A stretch of 64,000 nucleotides of DNA from Eledone cirrhosa (taxonomy: Eukaryota), in NCBI GenBank assembly GCA_964016885.1, contig OZ024740.1, forward strand, positions 96,348,001 through 96,412,000, in the 5' to 3' direction. A program made the translations under genes and the position numbers. Of the stretch, positions 1-13,959 are shown piece after piece; position 1 is the first letter of the stretch, and each line of letters opens with the position of its first letter. A model generated the notes under the pieces. The model searched no databases. It was given only the letters and a program-made list of their open reading frames with translations, and was not told the origin of the DNA.

Positions 1-572
1 TTGATGATAATGCTGATGATGTGGAGAAACTGAGGGATAATGGTGATGACTCACTTAATTGACTGAGTACGATTAATTGGATGCATTTTGATTTAGTGTA
101 TTACTAGTTATATGGTTGTGCGAATTATTAGGATGAGAGAGTGTGGGGGGCCTATAACCACACAGTCGTTATAATAATAGTTTGAGAAACACATAAATGA
201 TAATAAGCAGGAATAACACAGTAAATTGGTGATGATAATGACAAATGCATTGTTAAGGTTGATGAACACGATTATTATTATAATATTATTTACGATGTTG
301 ATAATTTTGATATATTTGACGTTGGTTTTCATGATGGAGATTACGCTGATAAACATGAAGTTAATGGTGTCCAAATATATATGTAGTATTCGTTAACTAT
401 TACATGGCCTCTAGTTACGTGAGATAACTTTTCGCGATATAAAATACTGATGGTGTTACCATATTTCTAATAACATATTTCTAATACCATATTTCTAATA
501 ACTGTTAAATACAGTGTGATAAACATCTTGCTTGGCATACGTGGAAATATTTTACAGTTTAAAAAAAAACCC

Positions 573-863
<291 letters not shown>

Positions 864-959
864 AAATTAGTTACTATACTGGAATATACAGGTACGTAAG
901 TTTTATTGAGTTATACACCCAAAGTCTGTTATATAAAAAGATAATAGCTCATTCCACCG

Positions 960-3454
960 GTTGTTTGGAGATTTTTAGAAAGTATGCAAAAACTCCTCTA
1001 GGGCAGGACATTTCGAATTCATCTATGAGGAAACAATGTCTCGTCCTTTGGGCGAGCGCTGATTCCAAGCGTGCTCAGAGACGCCACACACCCCACCCTC
1101 AGGTACCCCTATCCTCTTTTCCCCGAGGTCAGCGCAAAGCGTTTGCGGGCCGCAGTCAGTGTTGTTGCCTCAGAAGACACTGTCCTCCAACCCACCGAGG
1201 AGGTCGTGGTTGCTCTGCGACTCAAACACCCTGAGTCACCAACGCTCTTTGTGGCTTCTCAAGCAGACATCATGTCCGCCATTAGGTCCTTCCCAGCTAG
1301 CAGCTGCGGAGGTGTTGATGGTCTCGGACCACGCCACCTCATGGAGTTTACATTCCCCTTCTCCGCTGAGGCCGAGCGCCGCCTTCTGAGTGCAATTGTG
1401 GCGCTCACCAATAGGCTCATCCATGGTGCCCTGGACGTTTACGCCCGAGGCCTCTTTTTTTGGGGACCAGCCTCACCGCTCCCAGGAAGAAAGAGGGTGG
1501 AATACGCCCCATTGCTCTGGGCAATGTCTTCCGGAGGCTGGCTGCCAAGGTGAACTGCAAGTCCGTAACACACGAACTGGTTGAGGAGTTTAGTCCGGTG
1601 CAACTGGGTGCCGGCCTGTCCGGTGGCTGTGAGTGAGCCGTTCATGTAACCAGGCAGTTCTTCAACAGCTGCCCATCTGAACCGTCATCCAGTGATTCAG
1701 GCACCTCATTGCCAAGCTTGACATGAGAAATGCCTTCAACCTTTTACGTCAGGATCATCTACTCGAGGCCTGCCTCAGCCGAGCCCCCGTCTGCCTACCC
1801 GCTGGTCTACCTGTCATATGGAGCTCCGAGCATGCTCCTTGCTGCTGATAGGTCATACCCTCTACTGCTGGGGTCCAACAAGGTGACCCTTTGGGACCCC
1901 TCCTGTTCGCCCTTGGTATTGACCACATCGCCCGGAGTAACACGGCCGCTCTAAACGTTTGGTATATGGATGATGCTACGTTGCGCGGGCACGTACGTAC
2001 GGTCAACCTGCGCTGGCAGGAATCGGCCTCCAGGTCAACTCAGCCAAGTCGGAGGTGGTGAATGTCAGCCTCGATGCTGCGAGTTTTGCAGCCTCCCTCA
2101 TGGCCGTTTGGTGCATTCTCCGCCAGGTTCAGGAACCTCCAAAGAGGATGTCCTCATCCTCAGGTCACCGCTCCCCTCGCCGGCCATCCGCTCCATCATC
2201 AGGTTCAGGCTTCAACAGCTCCAGTGTCACACGAGCCGACTGGGCTTGATTGACGGCAGCCCACCTCTCTCTCAGTTGAGGAAGTACTTCGCCATGCCAA
2301 AGGTCCTCTATACACTCCGTGACGCTCCGTGCTACACCCAGACATCTCTCCTCGCTGACCTCGATACTTGTATCCGAACAGCAGCCGAGGAGATTAGCAA
2401 CGTCAAGTTTGACGACATAGGGTAGCCACAGGCCACTTTACCTGTTAGGTATCGCGGACTTGGCCTCGGGTCCCCGATCTGACTAGCGTTGCAGGCGTAC
2501 CTTTCGTCGGTAACCTCGTGCCGCGTCCTTGTCAGCAGGTTTCTTCAAAACACGACATAATACTCTGTGTTCAGAGAACGTGTGGCCGCCTGTGTGCCGT
2601 GGGACCGACTGGGACTTAAACAAGTTCACGCCCCTAGTCCTTCTCCCCCTGTTGACGTCAAGTCCCTCAACGCACTTGGGATCCCATTCAGTGCAGCCTG
2701 TACTCAGACAGGCTCTCGCGCAGCTCGACCAGCACCGCCTTTATTATTTTCGTGCGGCCTCCAAACCCCACAGTGGTGCCTGGCTCCAAGTCCTGCCCTC
2801 CTCCACTGGCACGCAGCTAGACAACCAAAGCCTGCTTGTCGCCATTTCCCTTAGACTCGGCCTCCGGATATGCCAGCCACACTAATGTCGTTCTGGTTCC
2901 ACCGTGGAAACTTTCGGCCTCCACCCGCTTTCCTGTCGCCTCAGTGCCGGCCGAATTCCACGCCATGCTGCAATCAACGAGGTCATTAAGCATGGCTTGG
3001 ACGCTGCAGGCTTCCCTTTCCAGCTCCTCCCTGTGAGGCTGGATGGAGGGGACGGAAAAGGCCAGATGGCATGACCATCTTCCCGTTCCGCGGTGGCGAA
3101 CCCCTCGTCCGGGGTGCCCCTTGCACCGACCCTTTCTGCAGCCGCAACCTGGTGCAGTCTGCGACTGACCCAGGTTCTGCTGCACATCGGGCTGAGATGG
3201 CCAAACTCTTCAAATACCGGTCGCTCTCCGACAGGTCTGTGGTCGTACCCCTGGCAGTGGAGACTTCTGGTGTCCTCAGCCCCAGAGCTACCTCCTTACT
3301 CACCACCATAGGCGCTGATCTGGCCAGCCACAGGTGTGAACCCCGGGAGTTGCAGTTGCTTTTCCAGCGCGTCTCCCTTGCCTTTCTCCGGGAAAACGCC
3401 TTCTCCATTCTCCCTGCCGGGGCTGTGTGTGGGCCCCATCGCGTACCGTTTTAG
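960..3454 (+). mobile_element. Decayed CRE-like non-LTR retrotransposon (RT + restriction-like endonuclease), multiple frameshifts
   Basis: Motifs across frames: AIRSFPASSCGGVDGL (~1280), KKEGGIRPIALGNVFRRLAAK (~1487-1550), AKLDMRNAFN (1711-1740), GVQQGDPLGPLLFAL (~1870-1915), WYMDD (1960-1974), RPDGMTIFPF..GEPLV and PLAVETSG (RLE region, 3060-3270). GC-rich island in AT-rich flanks. Confidence 0.85.
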
Positions 3455-4340
3455 TTGTTGTATACACATATTGACTAAACACACACACCCATAAACTATA
3501 ACCTGCGACTTTTACATAGTTATGGAAACTCACATCTACCTAGTTGATGTTGTGTAAATTCCAATGAGAGAGACTTGCGTCTACATTAGAAACCGACTCT
3601 CTCTCTATTGGTAACTAATTATACTTAATATTTTTCTACAGACTGAGTGCTCTTGCCCGTTGATATTCCTACAAATGTATACGAAAGTATATTTATATGC
3701 ATATATAATGTGGTGTATCAATGTATTGTGATATATGTAAGTGAAATGTTTGTATGTTTTGGATGCCGTAAAATGCAAATGGGATACAATAATAGTCGGA
3801 AAATAATTCAGAGATGTGTAGATGAAGGCAAAATAGGCTGAAGAAATAAAAGAATAGGAATCACATAATGTTAGTTTAGTAATTCATTGGTGGCAAGACA
3901 TTTTCGGATTTACTATCCATTAAATGTGTGATCCGTGTGGAGAGAGATAGGTGAAATTCCAATTTGCCTCCCTGGTAGTTGTTTATTTCTTGAAATAATT
4001 AAAACAAAATTAACAGCAAACAGACAGTATAGATACATACATGCACACACACAACACACACACACACATACACACATACACACACATACACACACACACA
4101 CATAATACATATATTTATATAAAATGCATACAGTGACAAATCTCTAGTTTGGGAGTTCAGGAGCTGTGTTGAATTTGGAGTCACCCCTTATTTGTTATCA
4201 ATCCCTGGTTTGCTCTGGCACATAGTAGTAGTAGTACCTGTTAATACCTCATTCAAAGGTTAAATAATAACCTTACTCGAGTGGCGCCAGTAAGGTACTA
4301 TCATCCATTGAAAAGAACCGATTTCGGGAATGTTAAGCAC

Positions 4341-4394
<54 letters not shown>

Positions 4395-4434
4395 CGAAAT
4401 ATATGTCAATTGCACGAACTCATAATCCTTTATT

Positions 4435-4492
4435 TACCGATATATATATTTCGATGATAGCCATTGAATGGCTATGACCTCATGAGATAGTT
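4435..4492 (-). ncRNA. Degenerate type-I hammerhead ribozyme (PLE end)
   Basis: Minus strand CTCATGA-GGTCATAGCCAT-tca-ATGGCTATCATC-GAAA-TATATA-TA, then a ~45-nt tail into (TA)n. Core has one substitution and stem I is weak. Confidence 0.55.
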
Positions 4493-4691
4493 AGTCAGTT
4501 CTTAGATATGCCAGCTCTGGGTTTATGGTGTTGACGGTATCAGAGCCTTGGGACATATGACCTTGTTAGGGATAATTTAATGTTGTCAGAAGGAATAATC
4601 TTAATTGTCATTGGTCAGTTTGTAGATGGTAGTATGATTCGTATTTGACCTCAAACAATCGGGAGGTGTTGTAAAGTTCAAACCGTCAGAA

Positions 4692-4722
<31 letters not shown>

Positions 4723-4726
<4 letters not shown>

Positions 4727-5460
4727 GATATATTAACAAATGGAAACTATATTTATAAAACCATATTTATTTCATTATACATATTTCAAGGACATGAAGT
4801 TAAATTATGGTGCGCTTTCATCAGACAAAATATAATATAGATCAGTTTTGTAAATAAATATTGAATATTAAAAAAAGAATGCGACCATTTCTGTTGGAAG
4901 CTCCCGGATAGTAGGGTTACTAAATTTGTTTAGTCTATTATGCAAATTAGTGTCAGATATGTTTAAATCACAGTAGATTTAAAATAGGCCGTTGGAGTAT
5001 GGATAAAAGAGAAAAGGAAAAGGAAAAGAAAAAGAAAAAGAAAAAGAAAAAGAAAAAGAAAAAGAAAAAGAAAAAGAGAAACAGAAAGAGCAAACTCCAT
5101 ACTACAATGGCCTATTTTAAATCTAGTGTGATTTAAACAAATCCGACACTAATTTGCATAATAGACTAAACAAATTTAGTAACCCGACTATCCTGGAGCT
5201 TCCAACAGAAATGGTCACATTCTTTAAGGTATGTCAATATTTATTTATAAAATTGATCTATATTATATTTTGTCTGGTGAAAGCGCACCATAATTTAACT
5301 TGATGTCCTTGAAATATGTATAATGAAATAAATATGGTTTTATAAATATAGTTTCCATTTGTTAATATATCGTATTTTTACTCCAATAATTTGTTGAGTG
5401 CTTTATATCAGTTATAAAAATATTTGCTTGTTGTATCCCAACAAATTAAATAGAACTTCT
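4723..5460 (+). mobile_element. PLE-derived fold-back element, family A (copy A1)
   Basis: Inverted arms 4723-5003 and 5096-5375, (GAAAAA)n spacer, and an unpaired tail 5376-5460 homologous to the tails at 13960 and 33966. Flanked by (TA)n and (CA)n/(TA)n. Confidence 0.85.
4768..4832 (-). ncRNA. Type-I hammerhead ribozyme in the A1 arm
   Basis: TATTTTGT-CTGATGA-AAG..CTT-GAAA-TATGTA-TA-ATGAAATA. The mirror copy on + has CTGGTGA. Confidence 0.65.
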
Positions 5461-5480
5461 AGACACACACACACACAAAA

Positions 5481-5539
<59 letters not shown>

Positions 5540-5940
5540 TTCACAACCCAGTCATGTTTTTAAAGACGTGGCACAGGCAACTAAGAAATTGTTGTTTTCG
5601 ACGAAATATCTGTGTAAGGAGTTTATACGTGATTTCTTGGGGGAATTTTCCAAGGAAACATTTGAATAATATGCGGTCTGTTTCTGTCTTAATGGATTTC
5701 ACTATGATATTAAAAAGTACGCGAGACCATTTGTGGTGAATAGGATTTGAACTATCCATGATTTGAAATGCATATCTGATAGTTGTAGTAGTCTGATAGC
5801 ATGGGGACAAAGCTTCTCGTGGATGTTAAAGGTGATACCTAGATGATTTAGGCAACATTGATAGAATATTTTTCACATCAAACGCAGCGTTGAAGATAGA
5901 GTTGCACTAGTCGGACCTAATTGTCAAGGGCTATCGTACC
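5540..5940 (-). pseudogene. PLE RT-thumb/linker coding remnant
   Basis: KNILSMLPKS..L and LFN..SIKT..R.LF..FP..YKL..F..SC resemble the PLE motif WFNP..KTNIG..F..HFP..KIFNR..SYSC, also seen at 15275 and 49750. Confidence 0.55.
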
Positions 5941-6093
5941 GTCCATCAATTGTCGTGATACTTTCACTTGTTTAAAGAGACAACAGTTGACACACACACT
6001 CACACACACCCACATACTCACACGCACGCACACACACACACACACATACACACACACGCACACACACGCACAGATTTATAGTGAAAGAGTCAG

Positions 6094-6226
6094 GAACCCG
6101 ACGGCTGAGCTCCGGCCGTTTCGACAACCAGAGGTGTTATGGTCCACCCGGGTCCTTACCACACTTTTTTTGAGTGCTCAACCGGCATACCGCCTATGGA
6201 AGCATCTTAGCTACCATCAGACACTC
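6094..6226 (-). ncRNA. Possible degenerate hammerhead with long stem II
   Basis: CTGATGG...GAAA-CGGC-loop-GCCG-TC, lying between (CA)n and (TA)n tracts. Stem I is poor. Confidence 0.4.
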
Positions 6227-7519
6227 ACACAAACATATATATATATATATATATATAGTCAAGAAAAGGAGGCTCTTGACCTTGTTGCATCTAAAATTAA
6301 TGAATTAATGGGATGGAATGAGAAATGTATTCGCAAAGCGGATGTTCGTCTCGGATAGCTGCATGTGAGTTTATTCCGAGAAACGTAGCAAAGAGGCCGT
6401 AGGGGCTGTTAACATAAATGATAGATTATATGGCATGCCATAGAGGTCAACGGTGTATTTCATCCTTTCGTGATTGGCAAAATAGTGTAGTAACCCAGGG
6501 TACATAGATTGGTCAAGCTGTCAGTATACTGGTCAAGATATTTTGCCTTATTTCTTCTTGCTGTATTTCTTCAAATTATACTCAGGTACACCATTGCAAA
6601 CCATGACTGGACAGAAATCACTAACCTATGGAGGAAAGATGAGTGTGAACAGCGGCTAATGCTAACAAAGGACAGCAATGTTGGAAAAGGCTGACCGTTC
6701 CTTTACACTGACAGTTTCTCATCTTTTCGTTCCACATTTCTATAGAATATCAAATAAGTTTGACTAGAACTGGGATTGAACTCGGAATGAAACGTGATGA
6801 TATTTCAATAAAATAAGTCATTAAGTACAATGCTCTATTGATTCTGATTCTGGCATCAACAAACAAATGAGAATGACAATAGAAGTAACAAAATATATTG
6901 TGAAGTTAAATATACAACATCTATATATGATTTGCTGGCAGCTACTACATGTATGTTCTGGGCGGATTTCAGGCCAACATTTTATTGAAACTTCCCCTTT
7001 AAGAACCATATTTCTTTATCAATTCCTGCCCCTGTAAAAATCACTTTTCTCCTGATAGGTTTGCAGCAAGCACGATCATTTCAAAAAAAAAAAAAAAGTT
7101 ATCATTTGTCTGCAGCTCGATACCTATGAAACATTTCGAATTATTCTTATTGCATGAGCAAAAGTAAATAAACATAAAATTGGAAAGAAAATAATACAGA
7201 TAAATGGAAAAAAAAATGAATTGAACTAACGTGATAAATTGTCTTCCGGAAACTAATGACTAGCTGTGACAAAATTACTTTATAACATAAGCTGCTCCGT
7301 TCCAGGTGGCTGGCTACTCGTACAAACTCTTTGCCTGTGTAGTCATTCCCTACAATGTATCTACCGCGCCACCTAATGCAACTTCCGTTGTTGTATTATT
7401 AGTGTGCTAATGAAGCATAATATCATGTATGTTTTAGATATTGCACTTTCCTTTTATTTTTATTCACATTGATATTGTTATTAATATTAATATTTTTTCA
7501 TAGATTTTCACACAAGCCA

Positions 7520-7638
<119 letters not shown>

Positions 7639-8399
7639 TTCATATGAAAGGGTGAGTAAATTTGATATAAATGGTCGCTAGTATTACAAAGCAGGGCATT
7701 TTTCCGACCTAAAACAGGAAACATATTTGGGATAGTTTTATTCAGTTATTTGATGTTTTTCCTTTACGAAATTATTTATCATATTTTTCGTTTTTCTCTG
7801 TTTTTTTTTATTTCATGTTTTCATTCGTGTGTGTTTATACGTATGTGTGTATGTGCATGTGTATGTGTGTGTGTCTGTGTGTGTGTGTGTGTGTGTGCGC
7901 GTGTGCGTGTATGTGTGTGTGTGTTACACTGCTAGCGTGTTATTAGATTTATGTGTCTCATATTCATTATTTTTTCTTCATTTTTTTCATCTACATCGGC
8001 TTTGTTGGGGGATAAAGTGGTAGAAGTTAGAAGCAGTAAGCTTAGAGCATGGTGATGGTTACGGGGATGGTTCAATTGTTGCTGGTTGGTCAATGTACAT
8101 ATTTGTTAGTTTTCTATTCCCCTTACTTGTTTATTATATGTCAGCTACTGTATGCTTCGTGTTCCACGCATATCTTTTTGATGTGTGGAATCTAGTGTTT
8201 GGAGGTGGTGAGATAAAAATAGAAATACCATAACTTCTCAATGATAACTACATTTGTTTATAACAAACTAACAAACGTATAAAAAGTATTTCTCTTTTTT
8301 GAAAAGAAAGAAAATTATAATGCATACTCCTACTATTCTACAACTACTGTTATTTTCTAGCTTCGACATTATATATTATACAATGTTGACTATTATTAT

Positions 8400-9010
8400 T
8401 ACCATCGGACACGAAACAATGCACATATTTAACTACGACCCATAACATTTTGAATTCAAATTCCGACGAGATCACATTTACGATTTATCCTTCTGGGCTC
8501 TGAAAATAATTAGCCTGGTTATGTACTAGGGCCGATGTAATCGATACCACCTCTTCCTCCATTACTAATACTGGCATTATGTTGTAAAACAGGTATCATA
8601 AATATTATTATTAATATCCAAATGACGGTGGGTTGGCAGTGTAGGTAGGGCATCAGGTTATATGATTTGCGACATAGAGTTATGGCCCATTAAACATTGA
8701 GTTCAAATTCGACCGAGGTTAGTTTGCCTTTCATCCTCACAGTTTCGATAAAATAAAGTAGCTGTCACGCACTGGTGTCGATTTAATCGACTCCCCTTCC
8801 TCAAACTGTTGGCGTTGTGCTTAATGTACAAACAATTATTAACATCTAATTTCCGGTATTTATTTACCACCCTTTAGCTTTTCATTTAAACTTTGCCTTT
8901 CATAATTTTGGGTTCGATAAAGTAAAATGGTTGTCAAGTCTAGGCGTGATGTAATTGAATTGTTCCCATCTACAAACATTTTGTTGGTGTATTGCCTCAA
9001 AATAGAAACC
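8400..9010 (+). mobile_element. Cluster of three decayed tRNA-derived SINE copies (best copy ~8624-8834)
   Basis: B-box GAGTTCAAATTC and TTTGCCTTTCATCCT..TCGATAAAATAAAGTA core shared with the 25476 copy. Imperfect TSD ATTATTAA(T/C)ATC at 8607 and 8835. Confidence 0.75.
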
Positions 9011-11065
9011 TGAGGTTTTAAACGTGTCGACAAAATAGGTTACACCCTTTTGCTTTCCGGTTATTTTAAATTTCGGTAGAGGTCAGATTTAATGTTCGTT
9101 AAAAATTAGAATGGTCTGAATGGCTGGTTTAATAGAGAATTGGAAAAGTGATAAGAAGTTTATAGATAGTTAGACATCGCCTTAGAAAAGTGATAACATG
9201 TTTATCGAAGCTAGACATGGCCTGGGCCAATACTGGCCGAAACCTATAGAAAGTTAAGATACGTTGAAATCGTGGTGCTGCCATTTTTGTCTCTATATTT
9301 CAGGAAATTGTAATGTTTGTAACATTCAAATCAATTGCACCCATCCTAAAATGTAAGGCATTTTTTTCCATCTTAGAAGTTACTCGAGGTATGCAAAATC
9401 TTGAGAGCATAGAACAAATTTATTTCTGATGTTTGTTCCATTTGGTTAGTTTCGGCGTTAAAATCCCACTACATTTATGTACTTTCAAAGTGTTTGTAAT
9501 AGTATTTTAAAACCAAGGTGATATATTCACATCTATATAGCTCGCATTTAAAATCAACACGAAACTTCGCTTCCTTTCATTCCTTCCTATGAACAAATAT
9601 AATTAATTATGTACTATCATACACACGCCTTTGTATAGTTTCAATAGCAAAGATTTTTTATTAGAAAGTATTGCTCCATTTTGAATAAATTCGGAAGACG
9701 TCAGCAGCTTTCTCATGACCCAAAGTAACCTGTTCTCAGAGTAAGAAATAATGAGGGAGAAAGATAAAGATGAATCAATCCAGAGTCTCGCTGTTAATTT
9801 CTTCCTCGACATTGGCTAAATAAATTTAACACTTACCGGAGGAAATATTGAAATCAGAAGTCAGAGGGAAGGATCTAACATGTTAAGGAATTCTATTTGA
9901 CATTCTATTGATTCTCTCAATTACCTCTACATATAATTTTCTATGGAAACTATAACGTAATTGTTCGCATTCGAATGCGATTTATTATAACCTATTGGGA
10001 ATAGAATATAGTGAGATAATGAGATGGAACTGCTCATGCAGTGAAATAGTTAATAGTTCAAACAAACTACAATTAAATAATTATTTCTATCAATGCAAGA
10101 ATATGTTGAAAATTAATATTCTAGTATATGTTGTCTTGGTATTGAGAAATATATGATGTATGAGTAGGTTGTCATTGAACACCTTGTATATGGTAAACTA
10201 ATACTAATACCACAATACACAGATGACGTTAGAATATGATGTATATTTTCTGTAAAATTTGTTTATCAATCCTCTATGTCATTGCAGCATATAACGTTAA
10301 TTATCTTGCCTCATTTATTTCTAATCAGATATATTTCAATGTCTTTGACTTAGATCTCACACTCAAAATTTATCTCAAGTTAAAAATGATTTATTTCCAC
10401 AAGACATTGTCATATATGTTAGTGGGGATTTAAAAAATTATATATTTCATTTAGAAAATAGTGTAATTTTGATACGTCTTTATTAAGTGTGGTAGATCGA
10501 TGATCTTGAATTCCTCCTCATTTATGTAGAAAAGAAATGCTATTGTATGTGTGGAATTTGAAGATAACCTGAGATACGAGAGATATTTAGTTATTATTAT
10601 ACATTTTATTCAATTAGTGTTCCAACGATGTATTCTATGGATCAAATGATGATATCTATTTAGAATATAAAAGTGTATATATTTCATACCAAGCCAAAAT
10701 CAGAAACTGAATAGAACAAAATAACAAAATATTAGGCAGACTCTTTCTATAATTTCAATATTTGTTGAGTGAATGAATATATTTTCATAAATGCTTCTAT
10801 ATGTTGTGTGTCAAATAATATATGCACTATTTTAGGGAACGTATGCATAGAGTTATAGATTTTTTTAATTTTTCGTAAGGGCAAGAACATTTCGAAAATG
10901 GTAACATTGTATTGTAGTAAGTAACAAAGGAATGATTTTCAAAACAAATTTCCATATATATAAGTGTGTATGTGGGTGTGTTTGTGGGGGTGTATATATA
11001 TATATTTGTGCGTGTGCGTGTATAGAGATGTATATAAATACAAATAAATATATATATATATATAT

Positions 11066-11726
11066 ATTTATTAAAATAACAGATTAAAGTTTAAGCAAAG
11101 AATCGCTGCTTTCACCCTTAACGGGATCTTCTGAAACTAACAAAGTCAATCTGTAAACGCATAACTGGATATTTCAAAAAACTTTGCAACCGGAGGAAGA
11201 CAGGTAGACGATACTTTGGTTCGTGGTAACGTTCGGTGGCATATACCATTTACGTGGTTTTGTCTTTGCGGGCTATTGTTCTCCACGCTCCACATATGAC
11301 TTATTATCTTCGTTTTTTCCTTCATTGCCAGAGAACGTCTCTACGCACCACCTAAGGGAACATTAGTCTACGACCTCTTTTATACCATAAACGTGGTTCT
11401 GTCTTTGCGCGTAATTGTTTTTCACCTCTCCTATTAATGACGTATTATTCGTTTTTTCCCGTTCTTTGCCAGCGAACGTTACCTCGAACCAAAGTATCGT
11501 CTTCCTGTCTTCCTCCGGTTGCAACGTTTTTTGAAATATCCAGTTCTGCGTTTACAGATTGACTTTGTTAGTTTCAGAAGATCCCGTTAAGGGTGAAAGC
11601 AGCGATTCTTTGCTTAAACTCTAATCTGTTATTTTAATAAATATTTGCTCTACGGTTCTTATATATTTGATATATATTTTCCTTATCGAGCCCTCTTTGG
11701 ATTTTAGTCTTCAATTTTATTATTAT

Positions 11727-11730
<4 letters not shown>
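11066..11730 (+). mobile_element. PLE-derived fold-back element, family B
   Basis: Inverted arms ~11066-11241 and ~11467-11642. The spacer holds a ~97-bp direct duplication. Unpaired tail 11643-11730 matches 44946-45000 and 52188-52260. (TA)n on both sides. Confidence 0.85.
11570..11620 (+). ncRNA. Hammerhead fold with variant CAGAAGA core (mirror copy 11088-11138 on -)
   Basis: AGTTT-CAGAAGA-tCCC gttaa GGGt-GAAA-GCAG cgattct TTGC-TT-AAACT, so stems I, II and III all pair. Confidence 0.65.
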
Positions 11731-11787
<57 letters not shown>

Positions 11788-11874
11788 TAAGTTATTCCGG
11801 GTTGAATCGGAGCTAACCACAGTAAGTAAGGTACTCAATGCATAGCAGAGTATAACAGTTTTAATATAGATGAT

Positions 11875-11921
11875 ATTCTACAGAACTAGAACTGTTTCAT
11901 TCGGGAGAAATCATCAGAAAA
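11875..11921 (-). ncRNA. Type-I hammerhead ribozyme (PLE end)
   Basis: CTGATGA-tTTC tccc GAAt-GAAA-CAG ttctagtt CTG-TA, then a ~90-nt tail into (TA)n at 11785. Stem I is short. Confidence 0.55.
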
Positions 11922-12204
11922 CCGACGGTCCCACTGATATCGTGGTATTTCTAAATTTTCTGGGGGGTAGAGAGGGTGGTTATTTGGGATAGGTGGAGGT
12001 CATTGGATGATGAAAATAAAGTAAAGGAAATTCTTTAAAAACTATATTTAGAGTAAGAAAGGCAGACAAATTAAGGCAGATTAAATCAAATTTACACTGA
12101 GGGGGGGGGGGTTGCACGCCTGGTTTTTAAGGTTAATTTATTTGAAGCAAACAATGCCTATTCATTGGTGAGCTCTGCCATAATTGTCAGGTATTTTATA
12201 ATCA

Positions 12205-12510
<306 letters not shown>

Positions 12511-13735
12511 TGAAATCACACCTGCTTTCCAGCTCATATAAACTTAACACACTTTCAGATACTTATCCTCCATAAACTCTTATTATTCTCTTTTTAATTA
12601 CCCTTTCTGACTTACTTTCATTTTTATCCTTGTCAATAATTTCATTTATTTTCACTTTTATTTATTTTTACTTCACCCCCCCCCCTTTATTCTCCGATCC
12701 ACTTCCTATTTTCTATTTTTTACTTCCCCTTCTTTTACTTCCCTTTTTCCTCCACTAACTGATTATACTTGTCTTTTGTGTTTTTCAATCCAGATATTTT
12801 CATTTTTATTTTATTTTTGCGCAGCCTATCTTACAATTTTATATTTGTACCTATTTATCTACATTTCAATATGGCTGAACGCCTGAATGTGTGTATACTT
12901 TTTATATATGTACATGAGTGACCACGTATGTGCGCGCGCGTGCATGTGTGTATGTGTGTGTATGTATCTGTGTGTGTGTATGTGTATATGTGTGTGTGTG
13001 TACAGGTGTTCGTGTGGGTGTGTATGTATATATTATACGTATGTGTACGTGTCTTTATATCCGTGTTTTTGACATCTCGGTTTTATGTTTTGTTCCTTTT
13101 TTCTTCTCCCCCCTTCCTTTTTTTACTTACTCAGTTTCATACGTGGGCATGTAAACAGGTTTATATGCGTGAGTATAGGTATGTGTGTGTGTGTATGTAC
13201 GTATCGAACGTATGGAAGTGTAAGTGCGCGTGTTTATATAAGCATAATTATTTTTACATTTCTTTTGTGAGACACGCGTGTCTGTGTATGTATATACCCC
13301 CATTTTTTTGTTTTCTTTAATTTTTTCTTTCTAATTTATAGTTATTATATTTTTATAAATATATCGAGACTGACCCTTTTCTTTTAATTATTACACTCCC
13401 TTACCTCCTTTCTTTCCGCACCTAAGCGTACGAGTGTCCAGGCGTTTTGTGCGTGCGCCTTCATATTCGTATATTTACGATGTAACCATTTCTGTTTGTA
13501 TAATACAGACATATAGATACATTTGCCCTATTTTAGAATTACGCACACTTTCTCACTATACATGTACATGTACACATATACATATATGCACATCTGGGAG
13601 CGTATATACATACATATACACACACCTAACTATATTTCTTGATAGATTTTTATATATTTCAATTTCTATTTCATTTATCTATATCTTTTTTTGATTTTCT
13701 TGATGTGTTTTTCTAAGTATTTGCCCATGTTTTAT

Positions 13736-13813
13736 ATTGCCTCATCTGACGAACGAATGAAGTCGTTTATTTCGTATTCGCCTCATTCGGGAAACCTCTG
13801 GTAGTGAGGTAAT
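13736..13813 (+). ncRNA. Canonical type-I hammerhead ribozyme (PLE end)
   Basis: Stem I ATTGCCTCAT/GTGAGGTAAT, core CTGACGA, stem II CGAATGA..TCATTCG, GAAA, stem III CC-tct-GG, GUA cleavage triplet. A ~100-nt tail follows, then (TA)n. Confidence 0.85.
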
Positions 13814-13913
13814 TATATTGTATTGATTTTTATACATTAAATTTTGCTCTGATACTTACATAGAGCACTCTTCATTTCTATGACCTTTTCTGTTTCCAAC
13901 GGAAATTTCAATA

Positions 13914-13959
<46 letters not shown>

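Noticed and set aside
4723-5375. Interpretation of the hairpins as MITEs
   Set aside because: A one-sided tail, copy-specific centres and embedded hammerheads fit PLE inverted ends better than TIR elements.
9143-9225. Two ~42-bp direct repeats (GAAAAGTGATAA..TAGACAT.GCCT)
   Set aside because: Only two degenerate copies with no spacers, so a simple local duplication and not CRISPR-like.
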